Part shown: one piece after another, positions 1-6,911 of the stretch
Position numbering within the stretch: the stretch's first letter is position 1
Layout: each line of letters begins with the position of its first letter
DNA from: a virus
Lineage: Duplodnaviria; Caudoviricetes
Strand: one strand, 5' to 3'
Length of the DNA stretch: 26,165 nt
IMG/VR virus record: IMGVR_UViG_3300021378_000140
Location: 1 to 26,165 of that record
Program-made: the position numbers and the translations under genes
Notes under the pieces: model-generated
The model's database searches: none
What the model saw: the letters and a program-made list of their open reading frames with translations, nothing else
What the model was told of the DNA's origin: nothing

Positions 1-1
1 G

Positions 2-562
2 GCAACTGGAGACTTGCAACAGTTTGGCAGCGGAGCCATGACGTTTTGGACAGATAGTGCCGAGCGTATGAGCATCGACTCCAGCGGCAACGTCAAGATA
101 AACACTGGCAACTTAGAGCTATCAAATGGCGGTGGCTGGTACCAATCAGACGCTAGTTGGGTTCGCTCTTTAAACGACGTAGCAGTTTACAACGCCAACA
201 CAACTGCTAATGCATTCACTACCCCCGGCGACTTCACTGCTGGGTATTCAGACATGCGCCTCAAGACGCACTTGGGGACTATCCCTGATGCGTTAGACAA
301 GGTGTGTTCGCTGGAAGGTTTCTACTACGAGCGGAATGATAAGGCGGTAGAGCTAGGTTATACAGGCGGTGAGCGTAGGGTCGGTCTTAGCGCACAGGAT
401 GTTCAGGCTGTCCTGCCAGAAGTGGTGAAGGATGCACCCATCAACATAGACAACGGCACCGATTATTTAACGATAGATTACGAGCGAGTAGTACCTTTGC
501 TGGTGGAGTCCATAAAAGATTTACGCGCAGAGATTGATGAATTAAAGAGGAACCAAAAATGA
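2..562 (+). CDS. Tail fibre protein, C-terminal part with peptidase S74 intramolecular chaperone domain (5' truncated by window)
   Basis: Frame is open from the window edge; SDMRLK cleavage motif, then GLSAQDVQAVLPEVV, IDYERVVPLLVESIKDL and a terminal coiled coil, typical of S74 chaperones. Confidence 0.88.
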   Translation, partial: ATGDLQQFGSGAMTFWTDSAERMSIDSSGNVKINTGNLELSNGGGWYQSDASWVRSLNDVAVYNANTTANAFTTPGDFTAGYSDMRLKTHLGTIPDALDKVCSLEGFYYERNDKAVELGYTGGERRVGLSAQDVQAVLPEVVKDAPINIDNGTDYLTIDYERVVPLLVESIKDLRAEIDELKRNQK

Positions 563-1098
563 CAACTGATACAGTAAGCCGAGAGACAAACACAGAGTAC
601 GTTGCCTACCTCAGCTTTGATAGGGTGGAGTGGCAGGAGTCTTACTCGTTCACTGATGGTGCAGGTAAGCCGCTTGGTGTGCTGCATGAGAACTTCCTGG
701 CGTACCTCCGCGCAGCCTACACAGAAAACGTAGATGACTGCTGTGTGCAGGTAGACGGTGGATTCAACAAGGGCAGCGAGATAACGGTCAGCGGCACTTA
801 CACTCTGACAACCGCGAATGAGGAAGGCGAACCCGTTGTTTCCCAAGAGGCGTTTTCCTCCAAGACAACGCTCGACATGACGCTGGCAGCGGAACCTGCG
901 TACATGCCTGTCAGTGATAGCTTGCTGGAGGACACAAAGCATATTTGGATTGAGATGGAGAGCGATGGCGATAGTCATAAAGCCTTGTGGCACTTCAAGC
1001 ACAGCCTCTCGGTGAGTGACCTGAAAGTCAGTGTGACGGTGAGCAACGATGTTGTGCCACAGATACCGCCCTCACCTAGCGCGGCTCGTTCACGCTAA
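559..1098 (+). CDS. Hypothetical acidic protein in the tail fibre operon
   Basis: 179-aa ORF translationally coupled on both sides (ATGA overlap at 559, TAATG overlap at 1098); no recognised motif. Confidence 0.7.
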   Translation: MTTDTVSRETNTEYVAYLSFDRVEWQESYSFTDGAGKPLGVLHENFLAYLRAAYTENVDDCCVQVDGGFNKGSEITVSGTYTLTTANEEGEPVVSQEAFSSKTTLDMTLAAEPAYMPVSDSLLEDTKHIWIEMESDGDSHKALWHFKHSLSVSDLKVSVTVSNDVVPQIPPSPSAARSR

Positions 1099-2138
1099 TG
1101 GCAGTCCCCACTTCCAACATTACGCTGCTCTCTATCCAGCAGGAGTTTGGAGGCGCTGCGGCTAATCGTGCGCTAAAGAACTACTACGGTGCGGCTGATG
1201 GTGTCCCTACCTCTGGCGCGATTAAGTTCATGGACTTTGCGGGTAAGTCTGCTGACATTGTGGGTTCCCAGCTATTTGAGTCCTCTGGGACTTTTACGGT
1301 TCCTGCGGGTGTAACATCTGTTCATGTCTGCTGCGTAGGCGGCGGTGGACGAGGCGCACCTGTTGTTGACCAAGCCCGAAGCGGTGGTGCTGGTGGTGCG
1401 TGTGCTTACAAGAATAATATCGCGGTTACGCCGGGGCAGCAGATAACGGTGGTGGTAACGCTTGACGGCGATATAGGTACAGTCAATGGTAGTTACTTCA
1501 AGGACACATCAACCTGCAACGCCCGTACTGGGTTTCAGACTGCGACTAGCCTCGGCGCAAATAACGCTGGGGACGCTGCCTTCAGGGGTGGCATGGGCGG
1601 CTCTGGCGGGACATCGAAATATGACGGATTTGGGTTTACGCAGAATATGTACATGGCGGGTGGAGGTGGTGGTGCAGCCTCTATGGTGTCCAATGGCCCT
1701 CGCGGGGGTAACTCTAGAAATCCCGGCACTGGTTCATCTACTACCCCGCCTTTAGAGGGCTACAATGGCGCTACGGCTAGGCGGGCTGGCGGTGGTGGTG
1801 GTGCTGCGGGAAATTATGACATCTTAGGTGAGAATCCTGCTTACCTCTATCATGGCGTTGGCAGTTTTCAATACGGTTGGTCAAGCAACAGGGGCGGTGG
1901 TGTGGGTGTTGTCACCGCTGGCGCTACAGGCGCTGCTGGTATAGGTTCCAAGACAGCGGGTGCGCCAACGAATACAGTCACAGAACCCACAAAGGGTGGC
2001 GATGGCTCTAACGGTGCATATGGTGCGGGTGGTGGTGCGGGGACGAACCCCGGCACTGGCACGACAAACGTCTACAAAGGTACAGATGGTGCGGTCAATA
2101 TCAAGTGGGGAAATTCAAATACGTTCCCTTGGGCATAA
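1098..2138 (+). CDS. Glycine-rich putative receptor-binding adhesin / tail fibre tip protein
   Basis: N-terminal phage-type module (ITLLSIQQEFGG...NYYG...GVPTSGAIKFMDFAGKS), then SGTFTVPAGVTSVHVCCVGGGG, repeated GGGGG loops, ending GTDGAVNIKW. Confidence 0.75.
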   Translation: MAVPTSNITLLSIQQEFGGAAANRALKNYYGAADGVPTSGAIKFMDFAGKSADIVGSQLFESSGTFTVPAGVTSVHVCCVGGGGRGAPVVDQARSGGAGGACAYKNNIAVTPGQQITVVVTLDGDIGTVNGSYFKDTSTCNARTGFQTATSLGANNAGDAAFRGGMGGSGGTSKYDGFGFTQNMYMAGGGGGAASMVSNGPRGGNSRNPGTGSSTTPPLEGYNGATARRAGGGGGAAGNYDILGENPAYLYHGVGSFQYGWSSNRGGGVGVVTAGATGAAGIGSKTAGAPTNTVTEPTKGGDGSNGAYGAGGGAGTNPGTGTTNVYKGTDGAVNIKWGNSNTFPWA

Positions 2139-2149
2139 CGGAGATTGAT

Positions 2150-2848
2150 ATGCGAGTTTTATTGTTGGTGATTTTCTTAACGGGTTGCGCGGGTCAGGCA
2201 AGAACGGATTACTATCAGGCCATTGCAGAGGCGGCGAAAGCCCAGAGTGCAACCCAGCAAGCTAAGTATGCAGCACTGGCGAATATGGCTCGTAGCAACG
2301 GCGGTGACTCAAGCGCAGCGGTTGCAGCGGTCATGGCACTGGCACTGACGCGAGAGCAGACGCTACAGCCGCAGTACATCGAGGATGAAGCCCTGTCGTA
2401 TACCAGGGCATTGGCTGCTCCAGTAGCAGGGATAGCGGCACTGTGGATACAGGCCGACAGCAACAAAAGCATTGCAGACTCTCAAGCAACGACCAGCCGG
2501 ATGAGTATTGCGGCTAATAGAGACATACAGACCAATGCTGCCCGGTTGAACGCATCGACCATCAACACGGTGGCAACGCAAGGCAATGCAGGTACAACGC
2601 AAGCACTTGGTATTGTTGAAGCCTCACTGGGAGTTGTTAGCGATGTAACTACTAGCGGGTTTAGCGCGATTGAAAACATCACGCTAGACACCAACGAACT
2701 GATTAACGATTTGTCGGTTTCGTTACAGCCGATAGTCCAGCCTGTTGTTGAGGTTGTTCCAGTGGTCGAGATAACGCCTATTGTTGAGATAACGCCGATC
2801 ATAGAGGATAACGATGAACTTAGACTCGGCCCAGGAGATCCCATCTAG
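2150..2848 (+). CDS. Putative lipoprotein, Ala-rich
   Basis: Better start is ATG 2150 after GGAG; MRVLLLVIFLTG-C is a type II signal peptide with lipobox LTGC; tandem VEITPI near the C-terminus. Confidence 0.72.
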   Translation: MRVLLLVIFLTGCAGQARTDYYQAIAEAAKAQSATQQAKYAALANMARSNGGDSSAAVAAVMALALTREQTLQPQYIEDEALSYTRALAAPVAGIAALWIQADSNKSIADSQATTSRMSIAANRDIQTNAARLNASTINTVATQGNAGTTQALGIVEASLGVVSDVTTSGFSAIENITLDTNELINDLSVSLQPIVQPVVEVVPVVEITPIVEITPIIEDNDELRLGPGDPI

Positions 2849-3061
2849 ATGCAACCGATGCGGAGAAGTCAAAGGCCAGCAAATATATGCGCATGGGCAT
2901 TCGGGGTACTGGTGTTCACAATGTTATCCGCTTGTGTTTCTTACCCCATGCCAGAAGACGAAGACGAAGATTCAAGAATGACAATCATCGCTTGTTTTCT
3001 GGCGCGCTGTGAAAATGATTTATCGGAGCGTGGCGATGATGACGACGCAGCCCGCCCTTAG
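2849..3061 (+). CDS. Small putative lipoprotein
   Basis: Starts immediately after the previous stop; basic N-region, hydrophobic stretch, lipobox LSAC, acidic mature part with two further Cys. Confidence 0.55.
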   Translation: MQPMRRSQRPANICAWAFGVLVFTMLSACVSYPMPEDEDEDSRMTIIACFLARCENDLSERGDDDDAARP

Positions 3062-3091
3062 AGAGCCTTCCGAGAATTTTTACGCTTGCAC

Positions 3092-3265
3092 CTACTCCAA
3101 TAACTCACGCGCTCGGCTTTGGTCTTTACCCGTTAGCTGGGGTATAACCTCATCAACAAATACTTTCAGTCGGGCAGCTTCGAACTTATTGGCATCTGCC
3201 TCTGCCTGTATCTCGGCCATCTTTTTAACCACCTGCTCCCGCAGTACCTTGTAACTAACGCTCAT
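3092..3265 (-). CDS. Small hypothetical helical protein (57 aa)
   Basis: ATG at 3265 overlaps the SGNH stop (TGATG) and follows GGAGGAG; MSVSYKVLREQVVKKMAE... Confidence 0.6.
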   Translation of the reverse strand: MSVSYKVLREQVVKKMAEIQAEADANKFEAARLKVFVDEVIPQLTGKDQSRARELLE

Positions 3266-3801
3266 CACTTCTCCTCCAGTTTCTTGGTTATCCATCGAGC
3301 AATTATCCCGTGTCGGTTATCAGTAGGGTGCAGCCCATCAATAGTAGCGGCGGTCAGGTACGGTGCAGACAGGACAGTCACGTTGTTATAGTTCTTGGCG
3401 ACTGCCTTTGACCACTGCCTTGCGTCTTTTGTGCGCTGCTCAAGTTCTGGTGACAGCGTTACCAGCACAGGCAAAACCATCCAGACCTTGCAACCTCGGC
3501 CTTCAAGAAATTGCATGTGGTCACGCAATTCCTGTTGGTAGAGTCCCTGTGGTACGCCGTAACCAGCATCGTTAGTGCCTAGCCAGTAAATGACTTCCCG
3601 CTTGTGGCACGATAGCTGCCTCGGTATATCTGACTGCGTTAGCAATGAACCTGCCTGTGCCACGTTGTTGATGTGAAAATCCACTTTGCTAGACCATGCC
3701 CCTGCGTCAGATGATAGTGAGTCGCCAAACAGCCAGTAGCTACTGGTGGCGTGTGCTGTACTTGCTGACAAAAATGCCAGTGCAATTAAAATCCTTTTCA
3801 T
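3265..3801 (-). CDS. Secreted SGNH/GDSL-family hydrolase (esterase / deacetylase)
   Basis: Sec signal MKRILIALAFLSASTAHA; all four blocks present: FGDSLS, NVAQAGS, LGTND, DGLHP; AAGGAG RBS. Confidence 0.9.
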   Translation of the reverse strand: MKRILIALAFLSASTAHATSSYWLFGDSLSSDAGAWSSKVDFHINNVAQAGSLLTQSDIPRQLSCHKREVIYWLGTNDAGYGVPQGLYQQELRDHMQFLEGRGCKVWMVLPVLVTLSPELEQRTKDARQWSKAVAKNYNNVTVLSAPYLTAATIDGLHPTDNRHGIIARWITKKLEEK

Positions 3802-3946
3802 TTCTCGTTCTCCTTAACGATTAATGCCATCCTTTTTCGGCTCCCCCGGCGATGGCTCTCCCGTCCCTAACAAAAACCTTATGAGTTTATGCGGCCTAAA
3901 CTACTGCTTCCGCAGTTGAATCGATTAAAAGCAGCACCCCCGTTGA

Positions 3947-4099
3947 TTAGATTTGGTGGGTGGGGTACGGACAGGGATACCCGGCTTGGACCACAATCAC
4001 CTCACCCGTGCGGGCATTCTTACAGTGCTTCACCTTCTCATTCGCCATCAGTGGCGAGGTCATCAGCAGCATCAGGCTGATCATCAGAATCCTCTTCAT
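3947..4099 (-). CDS. Small secreted Cys-pair protein, 50 aa (not in the ORF track)
   Basis: Manual translation MKRILMISLMLLMTSPLMANEKVKHCKNARTGEVIVVQAGYPCPYPTHQI*; GGAGG upstream; signal-peptide-like N-terminus. Confidence 0.6.
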   Translation of the reverse strand: MKRILMISLMLLMTSPLMANEKVKHCKNARTGEVIVVQAGYPCPYPTHQI

Positions 4100-4241
4100 G
4101 GGTTCCCTCCAGGTTAGCTATATGGTTAGTGGCAAGGTTGTAGGTCTGGAGGCACAGCGCCTTCCAGTCCACAGGTATGCCCTGCGATTCGGCCTGTAGT
4201 GCGCCGTTGATCACCTCGTTAAGACTGGCTTGTCCGTCCAT
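4038..4241 (-). CDS. Small acidic hypothetical protein
   Basis: Strong AGGAG RBS before ATG 4241; 67 aa; 3' end overlaps the 50-aa ORF. Confidence 0.6.
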   Translation of the reverse strand: MDGQASLNEVINGALQAESQGIPVDWKALCLQTYNLATNHIANLEGTHEEDSDDQPDAADDLATDGE

Positions 4242-4258
4242 TAGTTTCTCCTGTTTGG

Positions 4259-4463
4259 TCGGCAGTATTTTCGGCAGTGGGCACGTTTCAGTGCCCCCTG
4301 GTGCCCCCTATGGGGCTGCTAAGTCATTGATTACAAAGGACAGTGAGCGACACTGAGGGACAGGGTTACAAATTCGAGTCCCGTCCGGTCCGCCACTTAC
4401 ACCCCTTGCTATCACTGGCTTTCCCCCTTTTGGGGGGAATTCTCGGCAGTGTTCTCGGCAGTG
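4259..4463. mobile_element. attP: attP region: core, integrase arm-type repeats and IHF-like site
   Basis: TCGGCAGT pairs with 12-bp period at 4259-4278 and 4440-4463 flank the core; IHF-like AATCAATGACTTA on the minus strand at 4320-4332; 10-bp-period repeats at 4291-4309 and 4338-4365; adjoins the 3' end of int. Confidence 0.85.
4373..4395 (+). other. att core: 3' fragment of a tRNA-Asp gene (not a full tRNA)
   Basis: TTCGAGTCCCGTCCGGTCCGCCA is T-loop, 3' T-stem, acceptor strand, G discriminator and CCA; one base from my recollection of the E. coli tRNA-Asp 3' end; upstream tRNA arms absent. Confidence 0.85.
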
Positions 4464-5503
4464 ACCTCAAACCTGCTGTTATCTTTCTGGGCAGCGTACT
4501 CCACCATGAACTCTGAGTACGTCCGCAGGAACATCTCCGTGCTATGGCCCAGTTGCAGGGCCGCATCAGCCGGGTTAATACCCATCGACAGCAACTCCGC
4601 TGCCCGCGTGTGGCGACAGGTGTACGGTATCCGGTACGGTACACGCGCCTTATTATGGGCCTTCTTCCACGCCCCATTGAACACATCAGTATCCAGGTGG
4701 GGGCCACCCTGGCTGTTCAGAAAAAGGAACCCACCAGCAAAGCGTGTGGTATGATGGTCGATTACCTTCCGTGCCCACTTGGGTACATACACCACCCGGC
4801 GAACACTGGTCTTGGTCGAATGCTGGAGCCGCCTGCGGGTGATCTGCTTCGACACCGTCAACTCCTCCCCACTGTAATCACTCCACTCCAGGGCCAGTGC
4901 CTCACCAGGCCGCAGTCCGGTGGCAAACAGCAGGGTGAAGTAAACCTCTGCCTGACCCTCCAACCGCGACAGCAGGGCATCCCGCTCCGCAGGGGTGTAC
5001 CGCTGGACAGGTTCCTTCTGGCTGCGCTTCAGGCGTATGGCATCCACCGGGTTGGGATTGACCTCCGCATGCTGCAAGACCCCACGCAGTGGGATCAGGA
5101 TGTTGCGCTTGGTCTTGGTGGCGATGTCCAGCTTGGACAACCTGCGCTTGATATCAGCAGTGGTAATATCCGTCACCGGCCAGCCTGAGTAATACTTGAT
5201 CCAGTACCCATTGATGATGCTCTCATAGGACAGGTGGGTTGACCGCTTGGCGTCCAGGGTATCCATGTAATCCTGGGCGACATCCTCAAAGACCAGGCTG
5301 GTGGATTCCTCACCCTCATACAGGGGCAGGCCCAACTTCTGCCTGGCGATCAGCCATTCGCGTCTCTGCTTCGCAGCGGTGAGGAGACTCGCGCTTGTGG
5401 GGTCGCCTTGGAGCGTCTCCGAGTAGATCGCCTTTCCGTGCTTGAAGATACGGATTCTGAGTCCTGCTCCATCTGGTCGGATGCCAGGAGGCCATTTAGC
5501 CAT
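4412..5503 (-). CDS. int: Tyrosine recombinase (phage integrase)
   Basis: TGLRPGE (catalytic R), YTCRHT, QLGHS and downstream Tyr; N-terminal arm-binding-like domain; adjacent to attP. Confidence 0.95.
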   Translation of the reverse strand: MAKWPPGIRPDGAGLRIRIFKHGKAIYSETLQGDPTSASLLTAAKQRREWLIARQKLGLPLYEGEESTSLVFEDVAQDYMDTLDAKRSTHLSYESIINGYWIKYYSGWPVTDITTADIKRRLSKLDIATKTKRNILIPLRGVLQHAEVNPNPVDAIRLKRSQKEPVQRYTPAERDALLSRLEGQAEVYFTLLFATGLRPGEALALEWSDYSGEELTVSKQITRRRLQHSTKTSVRRVVYVPKWARKVIDHHTTRFAGGFLFLNSQGGPHLDTDVFNGAWKKAHNKARVPYRIPYTCRHTRAAELLSMGINPADAALQLGHSTEMFLRTYSEFMVEYAAQKDNSRFEVTAENTAENSPQKGESQ

Positions 5504-5655
5504 TGGTTCGCCCTCTCTATACTGATCAATGTGGTCTGCCCTTTTACCACATACTCCTCACCGTTTGTCCAGTGACGCTTCATCCACCCCTCAATCACAC
5601 CCTCAGAAACCCCAAGGGTGTCGGCAAATTTGGTTTTGCTAATTAGTGGGAGCAT
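5350..5655 (-). CDS. xis: Excisionase-like winged-helix protein
   Basis: ISKTKFADTLGVSEGVIEGWMKRHWTNGEEYV resembles Xis HTH; directly upstream of and overlapping int. Confidence 0.7.
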   Translation of the reverse strand: MLPLISKTKFADTLGVSEGVIEGWMKRHWTNGEEYVVKGQTTLISIERANQWLNGLLASDQMEQDSESVSSSTERRSTRRRSKATPQARVSSPLRSRDANG

Positions 5656-5828
5656 CCCTTTCCTCTCTTATCATCTGAAGCAGTTCTTCCAGGGCGCTTG
5701 CTATCCTGTCCAGATTGCTTATCAGTTCCTTTACCGCTTCCTGCTCGTCCATTGCCAAATACCCTGTCAAAGTTATCGTTGAATTTATCCATGTCGAATG
5801 GACGGGGTTTACTTCCCTTACTCATCAT
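5643..5828 (-). CDS. Small basic hypothetical phage protein
   Basis: MSKGSKPRPFDMDKFNDNFDRVFG; AGGAG RBS; coupled to neighbours. Confidence 0.6.
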   Translation of the reverse strand: MMSKGSKPRPFDMDKFNDNFDRVFGNGRAGSGKGTDKQSGQDSKRPGRTASDDKRGKGCSH

Positions 5829-5998
5829 TCCTCTCCTTTCAGTGCTTTCTCAAGCCCTGCCTGTGCCGCGAGGGTGTGCTTCCGAGACACTCTGCGGTGG
5901 GCTGTCTCTATTACTTCCTTAAGCCGCTGGTTCTTCTGCTCCAGTTCAGCGATGCGCCCATGACACTCAGAACAGCACTTCAAATGATCACATCTCAC
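5825..5998 (-). CDS. Small Cys/His plus coiled-coil protein, 57 aa (not in the ORF track)
   Basis: GTG start after GAGGTG; (M)RCDHLKCCSECHGRIAELEQKNQRLKEVIETAHRRVSRKHTLAAQAGLEKALKGEE*; fills the operon gap with an ATGA overlap. Confidence 0.55.
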   Translation of the reverse strand: MRCDHLKCCSECHGRIAELEQKNQRLKEVIETAHRRVSRKHTLAAQAGLEKALKGEE

Positions 5999-6007
5999 CT
6001 CACCACC

Positions 6008-6220
6008 TCAGTCATCACCATGTCCAGCAGGAGCATGAACGCCATGCCCACCAGAAAGCTTGTCGGACCAATCCAACAGACGCTCCCGCCCAATTGCTCT
6101 CTCGAATGTTTTGCAGTGGGGGCAGTACCACCCACGCCGTATTTTGTTTTCTGCATTTACCACCTCTTCCATCTGCTCCAGACACCCGCAGGGCCTGGTT
6201 GTTAAGTTGTTCATCCCCAT
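6008..6220 (-). CDS. Small zinc-ribbon-like hypothetical protein
   Basis: CGC...WYCPHC motif; in operon orientation. Confidence 0.55.
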   Translation of the reverse strand: MGMNNLTTRPCGCLEQMEEVVNAENKIRRGWYCPHCKTFERAIGRERLLDWSDKLSGGHGVHAPAGHGDD

Positions 6221-6843
6221 TGCCCAGCCATTGCGTCTGCTATGCCCTGATATGTGTAGCTACGAAGCTTCCAGCGATCATCACTGGGGGCCAGTTTGTT
6301 TTGCCCTGAGTCAGTCTGATTCCCCCAGCGCCTTTTACCGTTGACGATGCGGGGCGGGTAGTTGCTGGTTGGGACCAGTGGCGGGAGGCCACGCATCCAC
6401 AGGCCAGTTTTTTTACTGGCATCCTCCCCAAACTGATGCGGGTGGATGTACTGCGGAGTTCCGAGAGCAGGCAGGCGCTTTGTGATTACGCCAACAGGAT
6501 TCTCAATACACACCCTGGGTGAGTTTGCTTCCCACAGGCGGGTGACAAACTCCAAAGCATCCTCCCTGGCTTGCCGCCTTTCAGCACCAAACAACGTCCC
6601 TGGTTTTAATTTTTTGCCGGGGTCATCCTTGAAAGCCCACTCACCTGCACAAGTCAGGTAGGTACAGGGCGGGTGGGCTATTACCAGGTCCCAGCGATAG
6701 CCGAGCAACGGCAACACATCACCCTGATGGTGCGGTCCAGGAGACTCCGTGGGCAAAAGGTCACAGGATGTTGCATCGTGCCCCCTTGCAATGAACGCAT
6801 CCCTAACCCGGCCTGAATACTCGCAGGCAATCAAAACTTTCAT
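6211..6843 (-). CDS. Phage-type DNA cytosine-C5 methyltransferase
   Basis: Likely start MKVLIACEYSG (motif I variant), SCDLLP, catalytic IAHPPC, IENP. Confidence 0.8.
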   Translation of the reverse strand: MKVLIACEYSGRVRDAFIARGHDATSCDLLPTESPGPHHQGDVLPLLGYRWDLVIAHPPCTYLTCAGEWAFKDDPGKKLKPGTLFGAERRQAREDALEFVTRLWEANSPRVCIENPVGVITKRLPALGTPQYIHPHQFGEDASKKTGLWMRGLPPLVPTSNYPPRIVNGKRRWGNQTDSGQNKLAPSDDRWKLRSYTYQGIADAMAGQWG

Positions 6844-6911
6844 CTTTCCCCCATAAACCAGTTTTGTTCTTGATCTTGAAAAGTCAGTACCAGGCAGGTA
6901 CTCAAGCCCAC

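Noticed and set aside
2-2138. Diversity-generating retroelement or invertible tail-fibre cassette
   Set aside because: No reverse transcriptase, invertase or template/variable repeat pair seen in the window
4373-4395. Functional tRNA gene
   Set aside because: Only the 3' 23 nt are present; no D-arm, anticodon arm or 5' T-stem, so it is an att core
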